A stretch of 28,467 nucleotides of DNA from an uncultured Ignavibacterium sp. (GTDB lineage: Bacteria; Bacteroidota; Ignavibacteria; Tepidaquicellales; Tepidaquicellaceae), in contig CAZRSU010000001.1 in the NCBI GenBank assembly GCA_964602825.1, forward strand, positions 8,836 to 37,302, in the 5' to 3' direction. The notes under the pieces are model-generated. The model was not told where the DNA came from. It was given only the letters and a program-made list of their open reading frames with translations, and made no database searches. Position numbers and translations under genes: made by a program. This document shows positions 23,553-28,467 of this stretch, piece by piece (within the stretch, counting starts at the first letter, position 1; each line of letters starts with the position of its first letter).

Positions 23553-24280
23553 TTCTGTTCTCCCCTTGCAAGTTTAACGAACACATCGTGCATATCGGCT
23601 GCCTGATATTTTTCTTTCAATTTTGAAGTGGCATCCAGCGCTGCAATTTTTCCGTCAACCATCATCAGCACGCGGCTGCAATATTCCGCCTCATCCATAT
23701 AGTGTGTTGTTACGACAACGGTAATGCCTCTGTCCGCTGCTTCGTAAATCATCTGCCAGAACTGCCTGCGCGTTATCGGGTCAACGCCGCCTGTCGGCTC
23801 ATCAAGAAAAACAATTTTCGGATTATGAATTATCGCGATAGAAAATGCAAGTTTCTGTTTCCATCCAAGAGGAATATCTTTCAGCAATTTGTTTCTGACA
23901 TCTTCGAGTCCGAATTTCTGCATCAGTTCGTTCGTTTTTGCTGTAATTTCTTTGCGGGGCAGTCCGTATATGCCCGCATAAAATCTGATGTTTTCCGAGG
24001 CGGTAAGGTCTTCATACAGTGAAAATTTCTGGCTCATATATCCGATGGATTTTTTTATATCTTCGGGATGCCTGTAAACATCGAAGCCCGCAACGCACGC
24101 AGTACCCGAAGTCGGCGAAAGAAGGCCCGTGAGCATTTTCATTGCAGTGGTCTTGCCGGCGCCGTTTGCACCGAGGAACCCGAACACTTCGCCCTTTTCT
24201 ATATTAAACGAAATGCTGTCCACCGCAGTAAAACTGCCGAATTTTTTAGTGAGGTTATTTGCTTTAATTACATTTTCCAA
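23549..24280 (-). CDS. ABC ATP-binding subunit (resembles the C-terminal NBD of YbhF)
   Basis: Walker A GANGAGKT, degenerate signature PLGWKQK, Walker B FLDEPT, H-loop TTHY. Confidence 0.93.
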   Translation of the reverse strand: MENVIKANNLTKKFGSFTAVDSISFNIEKGEVFGFLGANGAGKTTAMKMLTGLLSPTSGTACVAGFDVYRHPEDIKKSIGYMSQKFSLYEDLTASENIRFYAGIYGLPRKEITAKTNELMQKFGLEDVRNKLLKDIPLGWKQKLAFSIAIIHNPKIVFLDEPTGGVDPITRRQFWQMIYEAADRGITVVVTTHYMDEAEYCSRVLMMVDGKIAALDATSKLKEKYQAADMHDVFVKLARGEQK

Positions 24281-24292
24281 TTCATTAAAAAT

Positions 24293-25207
24293 TTAATTTT
24301 TCATAAGGGATATAAAGCAGTCCTCAATTCCCGGATTAATTTTTTTGACTTCAACATTATTCAGATTTCTGCTTTCAAGATATTGCTTTAATTTATTAAT
24401 ATCCGCCTGTGCGTTTTTATCTACATAGTGCACGTATTCGCCGAAGAGTTCCGCCGAATAAGCATATTCATATTCTTCAAGAATTTTCATTAACCCGTGC
24501 ATATTATCAGCCTTAACGGCAAAAAGTTCTTTTGTGAACCCGTCAATTATTTTTTGCGGTGTTTCCACATCGAGAAGTCCGCCTTTCTGTATCAGAGCAA
24601 TTTTGCCGCACCTCAGCGCTTCGTCCATATACGGCGTTGATACAATTATTGTAATGCCTTCATTTTTTAAAGATGAAAGCATATCCCAGAATTCATCGCG
24701 CGACACGGGGTCAACGCCCGTAGTCGGCTCGTCAAGAATCAGAAGTTCCGGCTTGTGAATCAGTGCGCAGCTAAGTGCGAGTTTCTGTTTCATTCCGCCC
24801 GAAAGCGCTTTTGCTTTTCTGTGTTTAAATGGTTCAAGCAGGCTGTATATCGGTTTAATTAACTGGTAATTTTTTTCAACGGCCGTACCGAAAATTTTTG
24901 CAAAAAATTTCAGATTTTCTTCAACGCTCAAATCCTGATACAGCGAAAATCTGCCCGGCATATATCCCACTAATGAACGGATTTTTTTGAAATCCTTTAC
25001 CACATCATATCCAAGCACTTTTGCGCTTCCTTCATCGGGAATGAGAAGCGATGTGATAATTCTGAACAGCGTTGTCTTTCCTGCGCCGTCCGGTCCGATA
25101 AATCCGTACAGGTCGCCGCTTTCAACATTAAAGGAAATGCCGTTAAGCGCCGCCACATCACCGAATGATTTTTTTAAATCTTTTATTTCAATTACTGTAT
25201 CCATCAT
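24293..25207 (-). CDS. ABC ATP-binding subunit (resembles the N-terminal NBD of YbhF)
   Basis: Walker A GPDGAGKT, LSGGMKQK, ILDEPT, H-loop replaced by STPY. Confidence 0.93.
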   Translation of the reverse strand: MMDTVIEIKDLKKSFGDVAALNGISFNVESGDLYGFIGPDGAGKTTLFRIITSLLIPDEGSAKVLGYDVVKDFKKIRSLVGYMPGRFSLYQDLSVEENLKFFAKIFGTAVEKNYQLIKPIYSLLEPFKHRKAKALSGGMKQKLALSCALIHKPELLILDEPTTGVDPVSRDEFWDMLSSLKNEGITIIVSTPYMDEALRCGKIALIQKGGLLDVETPQKIIDGFTKELFAVKADNMHGLMKILEEYEYAYSAELFGEYVHYVDKNAQADINKLKQYLESRNLNNVEVKKINPGIEDCFISLMKN

Positions 25208-26098
25208 TTAATCAAATAAAACTTCACCCGGCATTCCGATTTTGAGTTCACCGTTGTTTTTAACGCGGATTTTTACTGCATAAACCAGATTCACGCGCTC
25301 TTCCTTTGTCTGCACAATCTTTGGAGTGAATTCCGCCTTGGATGATATCCAGCTGATTTCGCCTTCAAGTGTTTTGCTTGTTTCCCTGCCTGCGTCAATA
25401 AGCACTTTCACTTTCTGTCCGAGCTTAATGGATGAGAGCTGCGCGCCGCTTACATATACTTTCAGTTCCAGAACGCTAAGGTCTGCAATTTTGTAAAGCG
25501 GTTTGCCGAATGAAACAACTTCTGAAGGCTCGGTCAGTTTCATCAGCACCGTGCCTTTCACCGGATTTACGATATAGCATTTTTGAATTTTATCGTTAAT
25601 GGATTTAATCTGCGTTTCAACATTTCCGAGTTCTTCTTTGGTTGTACTGTTCTGCGAAAGCACTGAACTTTTCTGCTTATCGAGCACACTGATGCTGCCG
25701 TTTATATCGTCAAGCTGCTTCTGCGATGCCGCCTTATCCTGAAGGAGTTTTTCAATTCTGTTTTTTTCGGTTTCATTAACTTTTTTCTGCTCTTCAAGTA
25801 CATCCGTCTGCGCTTTTACATTTGAAAATTTTGTTGATACAACTTTTTTCTGCGATGACAATTGCTGCTTCTGCAGATATAACTGTGATGTGTCCACCAC
25901 AGCAATCAGTGCGCCTGAATCCAATTGCATTCCTTCTTCCACAGTGAAGTAAATCAGTTTGCCCGATGCCTCGGATGAAACGATGGTTTCCACCGCCTCA
26001 AAGTTTCCGTAAGCGTCAGACTTCCGCTCTGAATTCGAACAGGAAGTAAATGCCGCCGCAAGCAGCAATACCGGTAATGTCAGTTTGAAAAATTTCAT
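25208..26098 (-). CDS. HlyD-family membrane fusion lipoprotein (YbhG-like)
   Basis: Lipobox-like FTSC; lipoyl halves around a coiled coil; AEFTPK..QT..ER.NLVY. Confidence 0.9.
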   Translation of the reverse strand: MKFFKLTLPVLLLAAAFTSCSNSERKSDAYGNFEAVETIVSSEASGKLIYFTVEEGMQLDSGALIAVVDTSQLYLQKQQLSSQKKVVSTKFSNVKAQTDVLEEQKKVNETEKNRIEKLLQDKAASQKQLDDINGSISVLDKQKSSVLSQNSTTKEELGNVETQIKSINDKIQKCYIVNPVKGTVLMKLTEPSEVVSFGKPLYKIADLSVLELKVYVSGAQLSSIKLGQKVKVLIDAGRETSKTLEGEISWISSKAEFTPKIVQTKEERVNLVYAVKIRVKNNGELKIGMPGEVLFD

Positions 26099-26102
26099 TT
26101 TA

Positions 26103-27368
26103 TTAATATCCTTGATTGGTTAAAAAATTAATTTTTGATTGAATGAGCTGCAGTCTGTGAATGTTTTTTGTAAGCATCGCCTGATTGTAATTGTTCAGTT
26201 CCGTAACATAATTTGTTGCGGTAATTATTCCGTTGTCAAGCTGCGATTTCGTTACTTTCATAATGTCCTGCCTCACATTTAAAATTTCATCATCCTTGTT
26301 TAAAAGTGCGCTGTACTTTTCAATGTCGGATTTATACCGCTGCTCCGTTACGGTCAGATTTTTATAAAATGTTTCGCGCTGAATGTCAACGATGCTCCGG
26401 TTAACATCATATATCTGGCTCTGCAGCGATTCTGAGCCCCAGTCAACCGGACTCCACGAAAAATTAAGTCCGACTATATAAAACGGCTGAAAAGTATTGT
26501 CGAGCATATTAAGTCCCGGCCTGCCGTATCCCGCCTGACCGAAAGCGCTGAACTTCGGGTTTTTAGACGAGTGCAGATTTCCTTTAAGCGAAGTGAGATA
26601 ATTTTTCTGAAGGTCATACAATTGATTTTCGGGACGGCCGGCATAATTTATTTTATTAGCAGAAACATTTATATTTTCGGGTACAGTAAAGTCCGCATCC
26701 GGCTGTATCGCATCGCCCGTGAGTTCGGATAGTGAATTTATCGCAGCCAGTATATCGTTACCGGCTTCGGTCATCTGCGACTGCACCTGCAAGAGCTGCG
26801 CTTTTAAAATGTAAACATTTCCCTCTGCGGTAGCGCCGCCTTTAACTTTGGATTCCTGCTCTGCGATCCTGTCGCTTATATCGGATGCGGTGATATCAAG
26901 CGATTTGCTTTTTTCTTTTAAAATAAGGACATTGAAATAAAGGTCGTTCACCCGCTGCTTCAGTGCATAAAGTTCAACTTCGATTTTCTGCTGTTCAACC
27001 TGCAGAGAGCTTTTTTCAATATCCTTAAGCGAACTGATATTTCCGCCGTCGTATATCAGCTGCTTAACGTCCATTGTAATCTGGTACCTGTCTTTACTGA
27101 TATCCGGCATTTGAATAAACGGAACGTTGATGTTTAATTTCGTAACGTCAGACTGATAACTCGCCTGTGCACCAAAAGAAATCTTCGGAAGATATCCGAT
27201 GCCATAGTTGTTAATTTTATTATTTGACAGTGAATCGTTGAATGATTTCTGCTTCAGCGACGGATAGTTTTTCCTTGCCGAAGAATAACATTCGTCGAGC
27301 GTAAGGATTTGCTGTGCGCTAAGCTTCAGCGATAAAATCAGTAAGAAAATTGTTATTGTGCGTTTCAT
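26103..27368 (-). CDS. TolC-family outer membrane efflux protein
   Basis: Signal peptide; LTL.EC...A..NYP; P..S..Q..Y; Q.IYDGG; C-terminal G.....Y repeat. Confidence 0.88.
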   Translation of the reverse strand: MKRTITIFLLILSLKLSAQQILTLDECYSSARKNYPSLKQKSFNDSLSNNKINNYGIGYLPKISFGAQASYQSDVTKLNINVPFIQMPDISKDRYQITMDVKQLIYDGGNISSLKDIEKSSLQVEQQKIEVELYALKQRVNDLYFNVLILKEKSKSLDITASDISDRIAEQESKVKGGATAEGNVYILKAQLLQVQSQMTEAGNDILAAINSLSELTGDAIQPDADFTVPENINVSANKINYAGRPENQLYDLQKNYLTSLKGNLHSSKNPKFSAFGQAGYGRPGLNMLDNTFQPFYIVGLNFSWSPVDWGSESLQSQIYDVNRSIVDIQRETFYKNLTVTEQRYKSDIEKYSALLNKDDEILNVRQDIMKVTKSQLDNGIITATNYVTELNNYNQAMLTKNIHRLQLIQSKINFLTNQGY

Positions 27369-27372
27369 AAAA

Positions 27373-27999
27373 TTATTTTATTCTGATTGAACGGATGATA
27401 AATTCGGCTGCGGACTTTTTTCTTGAGTCCAGAAATTTATTGTATTTATTTTCACTCATTGAGAACATTGATTTCATAATCTGTTTGTTAAGAATCGGAA
27501 AAACATTCAGCGAAACAATATTTATTATAAGTTCAAAAGGCTCAATGTCTATGATTAAGCCCTTTTTTCTTGCGTCATTCACCTGGTCAATAAATATTTT
27601 CGGAAGAAACCTGCCTTCGTGTGAAAATAGCTTTACGGCCTTTTCCGGATTCTGATTGAATTCATTTACTATAAATGCGGCTATATAAGTATTATCTTTC
27701 AGCATCTGAATCTGATAATCCACAAATTTTCTTATCTTGTCAAACAGTGAAACATTTTCTTCCGAGACAATTTCCAAAAGCGGCGGAAAAAATTTATTGA
27801 TTGCATCAGTAAATACCGCATTGAACAGTTTTTTCTTGTCCCTGAAATAGTAGTGGAGCAGCGCCTTGTTTATGCCGGCTTTGTCTGCAATCTGCTGCAT
27901 CCTTGCACCCGGAAACCCGTAAACGTGGAATATTTCCTTCGCAGCCTGAAGGATTTTTGTTTCAGTGCCTGTGTCTTTATTTTCCAATATATTAACCAT
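27373..27999 (-). CDS. TetR/AcrR-family transcriptional regulator
   Basis: IL.AA..F...GF..ARMQ.IA..AG.NKALLHYYF.DK..LF HTH; first gene of the efflux operon. Confidence 0.93.
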   Translation of the reverse strand: MVNILENKDTGTETKILQAAKEIFHVYGFPGARMQQIADKAGINKALLHYYFRDKKKLFNAVFTDAINKFFPPLLEIVSEENVSLFDKIRKFVDYQIQMLKDNTYIAAFIVNEFNQNPEKAVKLFSHEGRFLPKIFIDQVNDARKKGLIIDIEPFELIINIVSLNVFPILNKQIMKSMFSMSENKYNKFLDSRKKSAAEFIIRSIRIK

Positions 28000-28003
28000 A
28001 TTA

Positions 28004-28021
28004 TTTAACTAAATAGTTAAA
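28004..28021. promoter_or_regulatory. Candidate TetR operator TTTAACTA-AA-TAGTTAAA
   Basis: Perfect 8-bp inverted repeat directly upstream of the tetR start codon; TetR autoregulation is established for the family. Confidence 0.7.
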
Positions 28022-28080
28022 CCAAATTGTTAATATTTAAGTTCAAAGTCAAGGAGTATTTTCATTCCTTATAATATTAT

Positions 28081-28099
28081 TGAACCCCGCTGGGGTTCA
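28081..28099. repeat. Solo GAACCCC-N3-GGGGTTC palindrome (family of the 10100 array)
   Basis: TGAACCCCGCTGGGGTTCA preceded by ATATTATT. Confidence 0.75.
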
Positions 28100-28176
28100 G
28101 GAAGGGAGCGTCGGGCGAGGGGGATATTTATTTTTTTTATTCTTAATTCTTAATTTTTGATTTTTAATTGAATAAG

Positions 28177-28201
28177 GCAGGGGCAGGGCTTGCCCCTGCC
28201 C
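28177..28201 (+). repeat. Solo GTAG-type REP (GCAG variant)
   Basis: GCAGGGGCAGGGCTTGCCCCTGCCC, the same family as 21097. Confidence 0.7.
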
Positions 28202-28260
28202 TGCGCGCGAGCGCAATAAAAATATTTTTAGTTCTGCCACTTAAAAAAAATGTTATGTTT

Positions 28261-28332
28261 AAGGGCTGAAGCCCTGATGGAAAAAATGTCATTCAGGTAT
28301 CCACGCCATAAATGGCGTGGCAATTCTGTTTG
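28261..28332 (-). repeat. Uninterrupted copy of the REP element that carries the MITE at 792-1022
   Basis: Reverse complement reads AAACAGAATTGCCACGCCATTTATGGCGTGG...GAATGACATT...TCAGGGCTTCAGCCCTT. Confidence 0.85.
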
Positions 28333-28426
28333 ATTGTGATGTATATTCTAAAAAAGTTTGGAAAAAAGATAAAAAAAAAGAAAGGGCAAGACATCTTATT
28401 CTTAATTTTTATTTTAATAACGTATA

Positions 28427-28439
28427 ATGCCTACGGCAT
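28427..28439 (-). repeat. ATGCCGTAGGCAT-family unit, probably the start of another array running off the window
   Basis: ATGCCTACGGCAT followed by a linker TATTGAATTCATAATCTACAA that matches 662-682 with one mismatch. Confidence 0.7.
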
Positions 28440-28467
28440 ATCTTTATATTGAATTCATAATCTACAA

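Overview
AT-rich bacterial chromosomal window. Gene content and style suggest an FCB-group organism, possibly Ignavibacteria-like (inference, low confidence). Left arm: cspA, a DinB/Y-family polymerase, a candidate 130-nt structured ncRNA, an ispF-PAP2-lnt operon, a TPR-TM-SPOR gene coupled to a double HU-like protein, and a secreted metallophosphoesterase. Middle: a type I restriction-modification locus (hsdM, KilA-N, hsdS, Mrr-type nuclease, hsdR) followed by a MATE pump. Right arm: a TetR-TolC-HlyD-2xNBD-2xABC-2 permease efflux operon. Intergenic regions carry REP-like palindrome arrays with a ~50-bp period, a GTAG-type REPIN, and a 153-bp MITE nested in a REP. The most striking signal is a double-hairpin repeat (TTCCCCTCC-N3-GGAGGGGT-[hairpin]-GGGGTGGT). 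It occurs 8 times, always inside hsdM or hsdR and always preserving frame. Three of the copies flank, in inverted orientation, a DUF559 (Vsr-like) endonuclease domain inserted in frame into HsdR as a 501-bp cassette. This looks like an autonomous nuclease-plus-repeat element with non-autonomous coding derivatives, analogous to RAYT/REPIN but with a different nuclease. No database searches could be run; all family calls come from motif recognition by eye.
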